Source: Alphaproteobacteria bacterium (GTDB lineage Bacteria; Pseudomonadota; Alphaproteobacteria; RF32; CAG-239). Taken from it: a DNA stretch of 64,000 nt. Location: positions 17,696 to 81,695 of the forward strand of contig JAZSBR010000022.1 of the NCBI GenBank assembly GCA_045602545.1, in the 5' to 3' direction. Positions 37,314 to 48,198 of the stretch are shown here, one piece after another. The position numbers and the translations under genes were made by a program. Under the pieces are notes generated by a model. The model saw nothing but the letters and a program-made list of their open reading frames with translations, had not been told where the DNA came from and did not search any database. Positions within the stretch are counted from its first letter, which is position 1; every line of letters starts with the position of its first letter.

Positions 37314-38165
37314 TTAATCATGAACCTTATAGTTTTTCAATAACATTTCGCCAACACCTTCGGCTTCCGGATTATGCGTTCCTTTTCCGGTATCAAGTGC
37401 ACGAATTTGCGCCATTTCCTCATCAGACAATGCAAAATCAAACACATCTATATTACCTTTAATATGTGCTTCTGACGTTGCTTTCGGCAATGCTATATTA
37501 CCCTCTTGAATATGCCAGCGCAAAATAATTTGTACCGTGTCTTTGCCATATTTTTGCGCTAACTTTACCAAAATTTCATTATTCAAAAGCTCTTTGTTAC
37601 CATGCCCAAGCGGATACCATGCTTCTAAAAGAGTTCCATGTTTTTTTAGAACTTCCCGCAATTCCTTTTGCTGAAAATAAGGATTGCACTCAACTTGATT
37701 AACTGCAGGTTTAACATCTATTTGTGCAACAAACTCATTGAATAACTTCGGCGTCATATTACTAACACCGATGGATTTAATCTTTCCGGCCTTTTGTGCC
37801 TCAACCAATGCTTGCCATGCTCCAATGGTATCAAAATAAGGTTGATGTAACAAATATAAATCAATGTAATCCAGTCCCAGTTTTCTTAATGAAGTATCAA
37901 TTCCTTTTTTTGCCGCTTCATAACCATAATCTTGCAGCCATAGTTTAGAGGTTACAAATATTTCTTCACGTTTGATACCGCTTTCTCTGACAGCTTGACC
38001 AACTTCTTCTTCATTAAAATAGGCAGCTGCCGTATCTATGTGACGATAACCGGATTGAAGCGCCATTTTTACGGCATTATAAGTTGAACCGTCATTTGGA
38101 ATTAAAAATACACCAAAACCGATTTGAGGAATTACGTTTCCATCGTTTAATTTTAAGCCTTTCAT
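37314..38165 (-). CDS. Aldo/keto reductase (DkgA-like)
   Basis: GYRHIDTAAAY, DLYLLHQP, IGVSN and NQVECNP. Start at 38165 with RBS AAGGAG. Confidence 0.93.
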   Translation of the reverse strand: MKGLKLNDGNVIPQIGFGVFLIPNDGSTYNAVKMALQSGYRHIDTAAAYFNEEEVGQAVRESGIKREEIFVTSKLWLQDYGYEAAKKGIDTSLRKLGLDYIDLYLLHQPYFDTIGAWQALVEAQKAGKIKSIGVSNMTPKLFNEFVAQIDVKPAVNQVECNPYFQQKELREVLKKHGTLLEAWYPLGHGNKELLNNEILVKLAQKYGKDTVQIILRWHIQEGNIALPKATSEAHIKGNIDVFDFALSDEEMAQIRALDTGKGTHNPEAEGVGEMLLKNYKVHD

Positions 38166-38229
38166 TATAATCTCCTTGCTAAACAAATTAGAGTGTAGCT
38201 GCAAAACTACACTCCATAAAATTATTTAA

Positions 38230-39219
38230 TTAAAACGCACCTGTTTTGATATGCGGAACATAAGGTGCTTCCAATGCCTTAATTTCTTCATCGGATAATT
38301 TAATATCCAAAGCTTTAACGGCTTCTTCCAAGTGTTTCGGCGAAGTTGAACCGACAATCGGTGCGGTTACATAAGGTTTGGAAAGCATCCAAGCCAAAGC
38401 ATTTTGCGCCATAGAGTTGCCGTTCTTTTTAGACACTTCTTCCAAAGCATCAACAACTTTTTTATCTTGCTCCGGCGTCGTCCAAACCTGAGGCGAAACA
38501 TCGTCAATTTTGGAACGTTCGGTTTGCACACCCCACGGACGTGCACATCTTCCACCTGCAAGCGGTGACCACGGCACAACAGCAATCTTACGGTCTTGAC
38601 AAAGCGGCATCATTTCGCGCTCTTCTTCACGATATATTAAGTTGTATTGATTTTGCATGGAAACAAACTTCGTCCAGTTATGTTGCTCGGCGATATTATT
38701 TAAGCGCTCAAATTCCCACGCGAACATGGTAGAAGCACCGATATAGCGTGCTTTGCCTGCTTTTACCACATCATGAAGCGCTTCCATAATTTCTTCCATC
38801 GGTGTATTATGGTCAAGACGATGAATTTGATACAAATCAACATAATCCAGCCCCAAACGCTTTAAGCTGTGGTCAATTTCCGCCATAATATTCTTACGGC
38901 TTGAACCGCCGCCATTCGGACGGCCTGGGCGCATATCAAAATGCACTTTGGTTGCCACCACAATCTCATCTCGGTTTAATCCGAAATCTTTAATCAAACG
39001 ACCGGTAATTTCTTCCGATGTGCCCATCTGATAAACATTTGCCGTATCAAAATAATTGATACCCAAATCAACCGCTTTTTTGAAAATCGGTTTGGCGTCA
39101 TCATAATCTTTTGCCCACGGAAAAACGCCGTTTTCTTTGCCCGGCTTACCAAAACTCATACAGCCCAAGCAGATTCTTGAAACATCAACACCGGTATTAC
39201 CTAACTTCACATATTGCAT
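38230..39219 (-). CDS. Aldo/keto reductase (YajO-like)
   Basis: LGCMSFG, DTANVY, DLYQIHR and PWSPLAGG. Confidence 0.93.
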   Translation of the reverse strand: MQYVKLGNTGVDVSRICLGCMSFGKPGKENGVFPWAKDYDDAKPIFKKAVDLGINYFDTANVYQMGTSEEITGRLIKDFGLNRDEIVVATKVHFDMRPGRPNGGGSSRKNIMAEIDHSLKRLGLDYVDLYQIHRLDHNTPMEEIMEALHDVVKAGKARYIGASTMFAWEFERLNNIAEQHNWTKFVSMQNQYNLIYREEEREMMPLCQDRKIAVVPWSPLAGGRCARPWGVQTERSKIDDVSPQVWTTPEQDKKVVDALEEVSKKNGNSMAQNALAWMLSKPYVTAPIVGSTSPKHLEEAVKALDIKLSDEEIKALEAPYVPHIKTGAF

Positions 39220-39328
39220 TTTGCATCCCCTTAAAAATTTAACCTTTACAAATTAAATAACATTATATAATATAAAAGTCTAATTGAAAGATATAATAAC
39301 CGATAGAAAATTTTTATAAGAGAATATA

Positions 39329-40195
39329 ATGAATACCAAGCAAATTGATGCCGTTTTGGAGCTGGCGAAGACTTTGAACTTTAATCGGGCTGCGGAAAAA
39401 CTCTGTGTTTCGCAACCGACACTTTCGTATGAAATTAAAGAATTGGAAAACGAAGTCGGCTTTAAGATTTTTGACCGTTCCGGAAAAGGAGCAATTTTAA
39501 CACCGGCAGGAAGTCAATTTTGCCAAACACTTCATAACATTCGTGAGCAATTAAAAAGCGCTGTTGAACAAGGGCAGAATTTCAGTGCTAAATATTCCGA
39601 TAACATTACAATTGCGCTTCCGGTTCGTTCAATGCTAAAATTTTTACCGCAAGCAATAATGGATTTTGGCGCAAAATATCCCGAAGTATCAATTTCGCCG
39701 AAGTTTATAAATTTTTATAATACAGATGAGTTTTTGCACGGAAATGCCGATATTTTGATTGCCATGGATTTTGAGGTTAAACATATCCCCGACATAAAAA
39801 TTCATCCGCTTTATGAATGCGGTATTTCTCTTGTGATGCGCGATGATGATGAACTATCGGCAAAGAAAATCATACATCAGGAGGATTTATACGGACGCAC
39901 GCTTATGGTCGGCGGCGGTTCACCTCCGGCACTGCAACGTGTGCAACAACGTTTGATTCATACGCAAAAAATAAGCTATTTTAACTCTGCCGACCATGAT
40001 ACAACTTTAACCAATGTGGCGGCTAAAAAAGGTATTTGTTTATCTCCGGACTTTTTCAATGAAGATACAACCGGTTTTAAGCGCATTCCGTTTGCTTGTC
40101 CGGAGAAGTTCAAAATCGTTTTGTGTGCACACGCTAATGATAAACGCGAGAGTTTGGCATATTTCATAAGACTGTTGCAAAAATTACATCCGTAA
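39329..40195 (+). CDS. LysR-family transcriptional regulator, divergent from the oxidoreductase operon
   Basis: NFNRAAEKLCVSQPTLS..IKELENEVG...FDRS...LTPAG. Confidence 0.93.
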   Translation: MNTKQIDAVLELAKTLNFNRAAEKLCVSQPTLSYEIKELENEVGFKIFDRSGKGAILTPAGSQFCQTLHNIREQLKSAVEQGQNFSAKYSDNITIALPVRSMLKFLPQAIMDFGAKYPEVSISPKFINFYNTDEFLHGNADILIAMDFEVKHIPDIKIHPLYECGISLVMRDDDELSAKKIIHQEDLYGRTLMVGGGSPPALQRVQQRLIHTQKISYFNSADHDTTLTNVAAKKGICLSPDFFNEDTTGFKRIPFACPEKFKIVLCAHANDKRESLAYFIRLLQKLHP

Positions 40196-40598
40196 AAAAC
40201 CGCCACGTTTCCGTAGCGGTTATAAATGTTTTGTAGGTTATATTGTATGTTTTGATGATATTCTTTTTTATTCCATGGGCATCTCCTTATTATGTTTCCC
40301 TCACAAAAATATTTATCAGTTCAATTTTGCTGATTTTGATTTGAGCAATTTCACCTGATAAATATTTGTGTAGTCCTCCTTCAGACTATGTTTCTAATAA
40401 ATCTCACGAGAGCAGTATTTCCCAGTAATACTGCCTTTCATTTGTTCTTCTTTCTATTCTCCCATTTTCATTTGTTTCTATTATATCTCCGTATGCTGCT
40501 TTTTTGTTATCGTAATCTTTTTTTTCACAAATTTTGTAACATTTTTAATGATATTTTTAAAAAACGTGTTATATATCTATGTTTAAGGAGATTTATAA

Positions 40599-41012
40599 AT
40601 GCAAAAATGTTATAAATGCGGTTCAAAACAAATAGTTAAGAATGGTAAAGTTTTCGGATGGCAACGCTACAAATGCAAAGAATGCGGTTATCAATTTACC
40701 AAAAATGCACCTGCCGGAAAGCCATTACATATAAAACTTTTAGCACACACGATGTACTCGGCTGGATTTTCTATGCGACAAATCGCAAATATTATCGGTA
40801 TTACAGCTCAGTCAGTATCTCGTTGGATAAAGAGATGGCATAACACTTATACCGAAGAAATGATGTCTTCTGAAAATTTTACGAAAGTAACCTCTGATGA
40901 ACTGTTGGAAATAATGAATATCAGCCCGGATGACCAATATATTGTTTTGCGAGATGTATTATCTTCCGGTGCTGAAGTATATATTACGGTCAAGTTACCA
41001 CCACAAGAATAA
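40599..41012 (+). CDS. IS1 InsA-like zinc-ribbon plus HTH protein without a transposase partner
   Basis: CYKCGS..IVKNG...QRYKCKECG and SMRQIANIIGITAQSVSRWI. Confidence 0.75.
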   Translation: MQKCYKCGSKQIVKNGKVFGWQRYKCKECGYQFTKNAPAGKPLHIKLLAHTMYSAGFSMRQIANIIGITAQSVSRWIKRWHNTYTEEMMSSENFTKVTSDELLEIMNISPDDQYIVLRDVLSSGAEVYITVKLPPQE

Positions 41013-41106
41013 TATCATTAGAAAAGTTACATAACGTTTTTTGGACTTGATTTTCAAATTAAACCTCTTTAGTTTTCCAAGGATTACTTAAACAGGAAGG
41101 TATGAT

Positions 41107-42216
41107 ATGAAAGTCAAGAAAATCAAAAGCAGAAAAATTTACCTCAACGCATTTTATGCACTTTGTTTGATTATGTTCGGCTGGTGGCTGAATAATCGCA
41201 TGGCTCCGAAAAACGACGGATGGGTAATGCCAACTCCGTCAGTTCAGGTTCAAGGCTTAAAACAGCAAGATGTTGCAGCTAAAAAGAAGTATATTGCGCA
41301 AGTTGAAGCCATTAACAGCGTTGATGTCATTCCGCAAGTTTCCGGATATATTGAGCAGATTTTATTTCAAAACGGAGCTGAAGTAAAAAAAGGTGATGTT
41401 TTATTTATTATTGAACAACGCCGTTATAAAGACAATCTGAAAGCGGCATCCGCCACTCGCAAGCAATTGGCCGCCGATTATAAACGCTTGACTTCATTAC
41501 ATGAGAAAAAATTTATTTCCGACAAAGAAATTGAAGCAGCCGAAAGCGCCTTAAAGAATGCCGAAGCTGCTGAAGATTTGGCAAAACTGAATTTAGAATA
41601 TACCGAAGTAAAATCACCGATAGACGGTGTTATCAGCAAGGCTTTAGTAACTGTCGGTAATTTGGTTAATCAAGGCACGCATACCTTGGCACGAATTGTG
41701 CAAGAACGTCCGGTCAGAATTGTATTTTCGGTAACGGATAAAGAACGCTCGGTATTTATGGATAAACTCAATCAAGCCCAAGATGTTTTTGTTGATATTG
41801 AATTGCCAAACGGCGAAATACAAACTCAAACCGCACAAAATCTGTTTTTCGGTAACGAAGTTAATGCCGATACGGCAACTATTCCTGTTTATTTGGATGC
41901 CTTAAACGACAATAAATTATTGGTTCCCGGCAATTATGTTGATATTTACATGCGCTTTACCTCAAAACAGATGGCGCTTTTGGTTCCGCAAATGGCATTA
42001 GCCGAAGACGTTAACGGAACTTATGTAATGACAATTAAAAAAGTCGGGGACGAATACATTGCCGAGCAAAAATATATCAAACTCGGTGATGTGATAGATG
42101 ATTGGCAAATAGTCCTTTCAGGTTTAAATACAGATGATAAAGTAGTGGTGCAAGGATTGCAAAATGTTCGCGCCAATGCTCCTGTTTTACCGATTGATAT
42201 TGATAACGGCAAATAA
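41107..42216 (+). CDS. RND efflux periplasmic adaptor (MFP)
   Basis: PQVSGYI, YTEVKSPIDG, LVPGNYV and W.VLSGL. Confidence 0.92.
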   Translation: MKVKKIKSRKIYLNAFYALCLIMFGWWLNNRMAPKNDGWVMPTPSVQVQGLKQQDVAAKKKYIAQVEAINSVDVIPQVSGYIEQILFQNGAEVKKGDVLFIIEQRRYKDNLKAASATRKQLAADYKRLTSLHEKKFISDKEIEAAESALKNAEAAEDLAKLNLEYTEVKSPIDGVISKALVTVGNLVNQGTHTLARIVQERPVRIVFSVTDKERSVFMDKLNQAQDVFVDIELPNGEIQTQTAQNLFFGNEVNADTATIPVYLDALNDNKLLVPGNYVDIYMRFTSKQMALLVPQMALAEDVNGTYVMTIKKVGDEYIAEQKYIKLGDVIDDWQIVLSGLNTDDKVVVQGLQNVRANAPVLPIDIDNGK

Positions 42217-42227
42217 GAGGTAGCACG

Positions 42228-45200
42228 ATGTTTTCAGCATTTTTTATTAAAAGACCGCGCTTTTCGTTTGTTATTTCAATTGTTATTGTTCTGGTCGGTA
42301 TCTTAGCACTTTTTAACCTGCCTATTGCTTTATATCCGGAAGTTACCCCGCCGCAAATTACGGTTAAAGCGACCTATCCGGGCGCCAGTGCCGAAGTTAT
42401 TGCCCGCACGGTCGGTATTCCGCTGGAAAGCGAAATAAACGGTGTGGAAGATATGCTTTATATGAATTCTTCCTCGCAAGATTCCGCTTATACTTTAACC
42501 GTGACTTTTAAGACAGGTGTAGACCCTGATATTGCTCAAGTAAAAGTGCAAAATCGTATTCAACAGGCGACACCTAAATTACCGGACGAAGTAACACGTC
42601 AAGGATTATCCGTCAAACGTGAGTCAACCAATATTTTGGGATTTTTCGTCTTTTCTTCCCCGAAAGGAACAATGGATGAAAAACAAGTTGCCGATTATGT
42701 TTATAATAACGTGCAACAAACATTAGCCAAAGTTTCCGGTGTCGGCGGTGTTGATGTGTATGCCGCACAACTTTCTATGCGTGTATGGTTAAATGCCGAT
42801 AAAATGGCGGCAATGCAAATTAATGCCGGCGAAATATACAATGCCATTGCAGGGCAAAATTATCAACCGGCGCTCGGTAAAGTCGGTGCGGCTCCGACAA
42901 TCAGTAAGACACCGATGGTTTATACGTTGCAAACAAACGGACGCATGGAAACGGTAGAACAGTTTGAAAATATTATCGTTCGCACAGCAGAAAACGGTGG
43001 TTTGGTGCGCTTAAAAGATGTGGCAACCGTAGAACTCGGCCAAGAAAATTATTCCATTTCCGGACAATTTAACGGAAATGGCGCCGTATCAATGGCAATC
43101 AATCTATCCTCCGGAGCAAATGCCTTGGACACGATGAAAAACGTTAAAGAAACATTGGAAGAACTGGCACAATTTTTCCCTGAAGATATGACATACACTA
43201 TTGCTTATGACTCAACAAAATATATTCATGCCTCGGTTGAAGAAGTGGTCTTTACACTTTTGTTGACTTTGGCTTTAGTGGTTGGTGTTTGTTACTTCTT
43301 TTTACAAGATTTTTATTCAACACTTATCCCGACTTTAACCATTCCTGTTTCTATTTTAGGAACATTCGCGGTTATTTCGGCACTCGGATACAGCATCAAC
43401 ATGTTTACATTATTTGCGATGTTACTAGCCATCGGTGCTGTGGTTGATGATGCCATTGTAGTGGTGGAACGTGTGGTATTTTTAATGCAACACAGTAATA
43501 TGAATGCACGCGAGGCAACAATGAAAGCTATGAGTGAAATTACCGGCGCTTTGGTTGCAACATCGTGCGTATTGCTGGCAATTTTTGTTCCGGTCGGTTT
43601 TTTGGATGGTATTGTCGGTAAGATTTATCAGCAATTTTCGGTCACTATTGCCACGGCAATTATGTTTTCACTTCTGAATGCTTTAACTCTTTCTCCGGCG
43701 CTGTGTGCCTTATTGATTAAAAAGATAAAGCCGCGCAAATCCGGTTTTTGGTTCAATGTAAACAATTTTATTGCAAAAGCGATACATATTTACTCTCTGG
43801 TGGTATCATTTATCGCCAAGAAAAGTCGTGTCGTACTGGCTATTTTTGTTTTGTTATGTGTTTTGGTCGGTATTTTATTCAAAACCGCACAAACATCATT
43901 TATTCCTGATGAGGACCAAGGTGTAATCGTCATGAGTTTACAACTGCCTGAAGGGGCTGCAAAATCGCGTACAGAAGCATTGGTTGCTAAAGCTAACAAA
44001 ATTATTCGCCAAGAAAAAGGTGTGGAAAATGTTTCCGATGTTATCGGATTTTCGCTAATGGGTGGACGCGGCGAAAACGTAGCCATGTCGTTTATTGTGT
44101 TAAAACCATGGGAACAGCGTAAAAGTCTGGATGATTTTTCAACTAATATTATGAACCGTTTGCAAGGTGCAATGCGTCAATTTCCCGAAGCTCAATTCCA
44201 GTTCTTTGAAATGCCGGCAATTCCAGGGCTTGGTATGGCTAATGGTTTGGATATCCGTTTACAATCTCGGCAAAGTATGGATTATCAAAAACTTGATGCA
44301 GTTTTACAAGGATTTTTGGGCAAAATAAATCAAATGCCGCAAATTGCCTATGCATACACAACATTTAATGCCAAAACCCCAAATATCTTTCTTGATATAA
44401 ATCGCGAAAAAGCCGAAAGTATGAAGGTTTCTATGGGTAACATTTTTTCCACGCTGGAAACATATCTCGGCTCAGCATATATCAATGATATAAATTTAGG
44501 CACACAGGTTAATAAGGTTATGATGCAATCAGATTGGAAATATCGTGATAACATTGATAACATTAACGAATTATATGTTCAAAACAATTTGGGACGTATG
44601 GTTCCGATGCGTGGTCTTGTTGATTTACATAAGGTTTTAGCCCCGCGTGTGGTAGAACGTTATAATCAATATCCGGCGGCTGCGGTAACGGCGGTGCAAA
44701 AACCGGGAAGTTCTACCGGTCAAGCGATGAAAGCTGTGGAAAATCTCATTAAAAGTTTACCTAAAGGTTTTAATATTGAATGGTCAACGATGAGTTATCA
44801 AGAAAAACACACTTCCGGACAAATTGGCTTTTTATTGCTGTTATCATTGACTTTTGCATATTTGTTCTTGGTAGCACAATATGAAAGTTTCATTATTCCG
44901 GTGCCGGTTATTATGTCTTTAACCGTGGCGGTCAGTGGTGCTATGTTGGGACTTTTCTTTAGCGGAGAGGCATTGAGTATTTATGCGCAACTAGGTATCA
45001 TTCTATTAGTCGGTATGGCTAGTAAAAACGCAATTTTGATTGTGGAATTTGCCAAAGATGAACGTGAAAAAGGAGCAACCATTGTTAATGCGGCTGTTCG
45101 CGGCTTAAATGAAAGATTCCGTGCCGTTTTGATGACAGCATCGGCATTTGTGTTGGGTGTGTTCCCGATGATTATTGCCTCAGGTGCCGCAGCTGCCAGC

Positions 45201-45335
45201 CGTAAAGCCATCGGTATTCCTGTATTCTGGGGAATGCTTATCGGAACATTGGGCGGATTGTTTGTTATCCCTATGTTTTATACCTTGGTGCAGGAAAAAA
45301 GCGAACGTCTTACTAAATGGCGCAGAAAGAAGTAA
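42228..45335 (+). CDS. RND efflux permease (AcrB/HAE1 family)
   Basis: FIKRPRF, YPGASAE, VDDAIVVVE, KNAILIVEFA and RFRAVLMT. Confidence 0.96.
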   Translation: MFSAFFIKRPRFSFVISIVIVLVGILALFNLPIALYPEVTPPQITVKATYPGASAEVIARTVGIPLESEINGVEDMLYMNSSSQDSAYTLTVTFKTGVDPDIAQVKVQNRIQQATPKLPDEVTRQGLSVKRESTNILGFFVFSSPKGTMDEKQVADYVYNNVQQTLAKVSGVGGVDVYAAQLSMRVWLNADKMAAMQINAGEIYNAIAGQNYQPALGKVGAAPTISKTPMVYTLQTNGRMETVEQFENIIVRTAENGGLVRLKDVATVELGQENYSISGQFNGNGAVSMAINLSSGANALDTMKNVKETLEELAQFFPEDMTYTIAYDSTKYIHASVEEVVFTLLLTLALVVGVCYFFLQDFYSTLIPTLTIPVSILGTFAVISALGYSINMFTLFAMLLAIGAVVDDAIVVVERVVFLMQHSNMNAREATMKAMSEITGALVATSCVLLAIFVPVGFLDGIVGKIYQQFSVTIATAIMFSLLNALTLSPALCALLIKKIKPRKSGFWFNVNNFIAKAIHIYSLVVSFIAKKSRVVLAIFVLLCVLVGILFKTAQTSFIPDEDQGVIVMSLQLPEGAAKSRTEALVAKANKIIRQEKGVENVSDVIGFSLMGGRGENVAMSFIVLKPWEQRKSLDDFSTNIMNRLQGAMRQFPEAQFQFFEMPAIPGLGMANGLDIRLQSRQSMDYQKLDAVLQGFLGKINQMPQIAYAYTTFNAKTPNIFLDINREKAESMKVSMGNIFSTLETYLGSAYINDINLGTQVNKVMMQSDWKYRDNIDNINELYVQNNLGRMVPMRGLVDLHKVLAPRVVERYNQYPAAAVTAVQKPGSSTGQAMKAVENLIKSLPKGFNIEWSTMSYQEKHTSGQIGFLLLLSLTFAYLFLVAQYESFIIPVPVIMSLTVAVSGAMLGLFFSGEALSIYAQLGIILLVGMASKNAILIVEFAKDEREKGATIVNAAVRGLNERFRAVLMTASAFVLGVFPMIIASGAAAASRKAIGIPVFWGMLIGTLGGLFVIPMFYTLVQEKSERLTKWRRKK

Positions 45336-45352
45336 AATTAGATAATTTAATG

Positions 45353-45388
45353 AAAAGTGCCCTTGCTAACAACTTGAGGCACTTTTTG
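45353..45388 (+). terminator. Terminator after the RND operon
   Basis: AAAAGTGCC...GGCACTTTTT. Confidence 0.65.
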
Positions 45389-45690
45389 TTATATCCGCCC
45401 CACAAAAAGCCCCTCACCCACCGAATTTCCGTCTTTCCTTTGATTTTGTTATCCGTTAATCTGACCTTCGGATTTTATACGAGTCATTTGTTGTCAATAT
45501 TATTTTCTCTATAAAAAGAATAAAAAAATTAATATTATACTTTTTTTGCTGTTACCACTGTTATCTGACTGTTTGCTATTAAAGCATTAGAATTTGATTG
45601 ATTTCATATTTTTAATTGATTTCAATAAAATAAATATTGCATACGAGAAAGTTATAGCTTATAATCACGTTAAAAATTGCGGAGTAAAAT

Positions 45691-46503
45691 ATGAAAAAAG
45701 CAGTATTTTTTTTAATTGTCGCCATAATTGTTTTGAGCGGAATTTATTTGTTCAGTCAACCACAGCCCGACGAACAACTAGAGCTTTACGGTAATGTTGA
45801 TATTCGACAAGTCAATAGTGCTTTTCGTGTAGGCGGACGCTTACAAAAAATGAATTTTGAAGAAGGTAATATAGTTAAAAAAGGTGAAATCATTGCCGAA
45901 CTTGATACCGATCCTTTAAAAAACACTCTCAACCAGGCTGAAGCAAAAGTGCGTCAAGCTCGAGCGGCGCTGAAAAATGCCGAGCAAATCAATAACCGCA
46001 AGCAAGCATTATGCCGTTCAAAAAATGCCTCTCAGCAAGATTGCGATACGGCACTTGCTAATTATGATATTGCCAAAGCTGACTTAGAATACGCTCTGGC
46101 CAGTTATGATGTTGCAAAAACCGCTTATGACGATGCTTTTTTGAAAGCTCCGGCCGATGGAATTATTCTTATCCGTATTGTTGAACCGGGAACGTTGCTT
46201 TCCGCCGGTGTACCTGTTTATACTATATCTCTGAACAATAAAATGTGGGCACGAGCTTATATAAAAGAAACAGAACTCGGCAAAGTTAAAATCGGTTCAA
46301 AAGTTAAAATTATAACAGATTCAACAGATAAAATTTATCATGGTCATGTCGGTTTTATTTCTTCAACTGCCGAATTTACTCCAAAAAGCATTGAAACAGC
46401 AAGTTTGCGCACTGATTTAGTTTATCGTTTACGTATTGTAATTGACGACGCCGATAACTTTTTAAAACAAGGTATGCCTATAACCATTCATTTGGCAGAA
46501 TAA
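45691..46503 (+). CDS. HlyD-family secretion protein (YbhG-like)
   Basis: YGNVDIRQV and AEFTPK.IET..LRTDLVYRLRI. Confidence 0.9.
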   Translation: MKKAVFFLIVAIIVLSGIYLFSQPQPDEQLELYGNVDIRQVNSAFRVGGRLQKMNFEEGNIVKKGEIIAELDTDPLKNTLNQAEAKVRQARAALKNAEQINNRKQALCRSKNASQQDCDTALANYDIAKADLEYALASYDVAKTAYDDAFLKAPADGIILIRIVEPGTLLSAGVPVYTISLNNKMWARAYIKETELGKVKIGSKVKIITDSTDKIYHGHVGFISSTAEFTPKSIETASLRTDLVYRLRIVIDDADNFLKQGMPITIHLAE

Positions 46504-48198
46504 ATGGAAAATATTGCTGAAATAAACAATTTATATAAAGATTTTAAGGGCTTAAATGCTCATGCTTTAGACAATGTTTCATTTTATTTACCTAAAGGAC
46601 AACTCATCGGCTTAGCCGGACCGGATGGCGCAGGCAAAACAACTCTTATTCGATTATTGTTGGGATTGTTTAAACCAACAAAGGGTAGAATCTCGGTATT
46701 AGGATTAGACCCGATAACACAAACACACCAATTGCATCAAAAAATCGGCTATATGCCGCAAAAATTCGGTCTATATGAAGATTTGAGTATTGCTGAAAAT
46801 ATGAATTTGTATGCCGATTTGAAAGAGCTTTCGCTAAAAGAGCGGCAAGAGCAGTTTGCACAACTGTTAAACCTGACCGGCTTGGCACCTTTTACCAGGC
46901 GATTGGCCGGCCGCCTTTCCGGAGGCATGAAACAAAAACTCGGATTAGCATGCACACTTCTGGGGCGACCACAATTTTTGTTGCTTGATGAGCCCGGAGT
47001 TGGTGTTGATCCGATTTCAAGGCGTGAGCTAATGAAAATGGTGTTCGATCTGCGTAACGATGGCGTCACTGTTTTATGGTCTACATCATATTTAGATGAA
47101 GCAGAAAAATTTGACAGCGTTATTTTACTTGACGGTGGAAAATTAATTTTTCAGGGTAATCCGCAACAATTAACCAACCAACTTAACGGACAGGTTTTTA
47201 TAACCAAAGATGCAGGACCGAACCCAAGACAAACACTCAGACAAATGATGAAAGATCAACTGAATTTTGTTGATGCGACTATTTTCGGGCGCCAAGTGCG
47301 TTTGGTTATTAAAGATAAAGCCACGCAAACGTTATTAAAGTCGAAGATTAAGCCGGTTACGCCGCGATTTGAAGATGCCGTCATTGATATTTTAGGCGGG
47401 GCACCGATGCGCCCGTCAACCATTGCTAAACGAATAAATTTGGAGCACACACCGGATATTGTGATTGCTGCCGATAAACTGACAAAGATGTATGGCAATT
47501 TTGCCGCTGCCGAGAACATTTCATTTAAAATCAAACGCGGTGAAATTTTCGGTTTACTCGGACCAAACGGAGCCGGAAAATCAACAACATTCAAAATGTT
47601 GTGCGGTCTTATTAAACCAACTGCCGGCAGCGGATTTATTTTAAATACCGATATGATTAATAATTCGGCCCAGGCTCGGGCGGCCATCGGCTATATGGCA
47701 CAAAAGTTTTCGTTATTCTCAACATTGACTGTAATGCAGAATTTGCATTTTTTTGCCGGTATTTACGGCTTACTTGGCTTAAATAAACAACGGCGCATCA
47801 AACAAATGATTGAAGTGTTTGAATTGCGACCATATCTCAGGCAAAAAGCCGGCGACTTACCGCTCGGTTTCAAACAACGTTTGGCTCTGGCCTGCGCCAT
47901 TATGCATAATCCGCCTATTTTATTTTTAGATGAGCCGACCAGCGGGGTCGATCCCCTCACCCGTCGCGAGTTTTGGAATCATATCAACTCGATGGTGGAA
48001 AAAGGTGTTACAGTCATGGTTACCACACACTTTATGGATGAGGCCGAATATTGTGACCGGATTGCCCTTATCTATCAAGGTCATGCCATCAAAATTGGTA
48101 CGCCTGACGAGCTGAAAAAAGCCGGCGAAACTATGGAAGATGCCTTTATTCGCTTAATTGAAGAATACAATCCGGAGGATTATTATGCAAATAATTAA
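46504..48198 (+). CDS. Double ABC ATPase (YbhF-like)
   Basis: GPDGAGKT, LSGGMKQK, GPNGAGKS and DEPTSGVDP. Confidence 0.93.
   Translation: MENIAEINNLYKDFKGLNAHALDNVSFYLPKGQLIGLAGPDGAGKTTLIRLLLGLFKPTKGRISVLGLDPITQTHQLHQKIGYMPQKFGLYEDLSIAENMNLYADLKELSLKERQEQFAQLLNLTGLAPFTRRLAGRLSGGMKQKLGLACTLLGRPQFLLLDEPGVGVDPISRRELMKMVFDLRNDGVTVLWSTSYLDEAEKFDSVILLDGGKLIFQGNPQQLTNQLNGQVFITKDAGPNPRQTLRQMMKDQLNFVDATIFGRQVRLVIKDKATQTLLKSKIKPVTPRFEDAVIDILGGAPMRPSTIAKRINLEHTPDIVIAADKLTKMYGNFAAAENISFKIKRGEIFGLLGPNGAGKSTTFKMLCGLIKPTAGSGFILNTDMINNSAQARAAIGYMAQKFSLFSTLTVMQNLHFFAGIYGLLGLNKQRRIKQMIEVFELRPYLRQKAGDLPLGFKQRLALACAIMHNPPILFLDEPTSGVDPLTRREFWNHINSMVEKGVTVMVTTHFMDEAEYCDRIALIYQGHAIKIGTPDELKKAGETMEDAFIRLIEEYNPEDYYANN

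Noticed and set aside
40599-41012. Active IS1 element
   Set aside because: No insB frame, frameshift motif or terminal inverted repeats were found.
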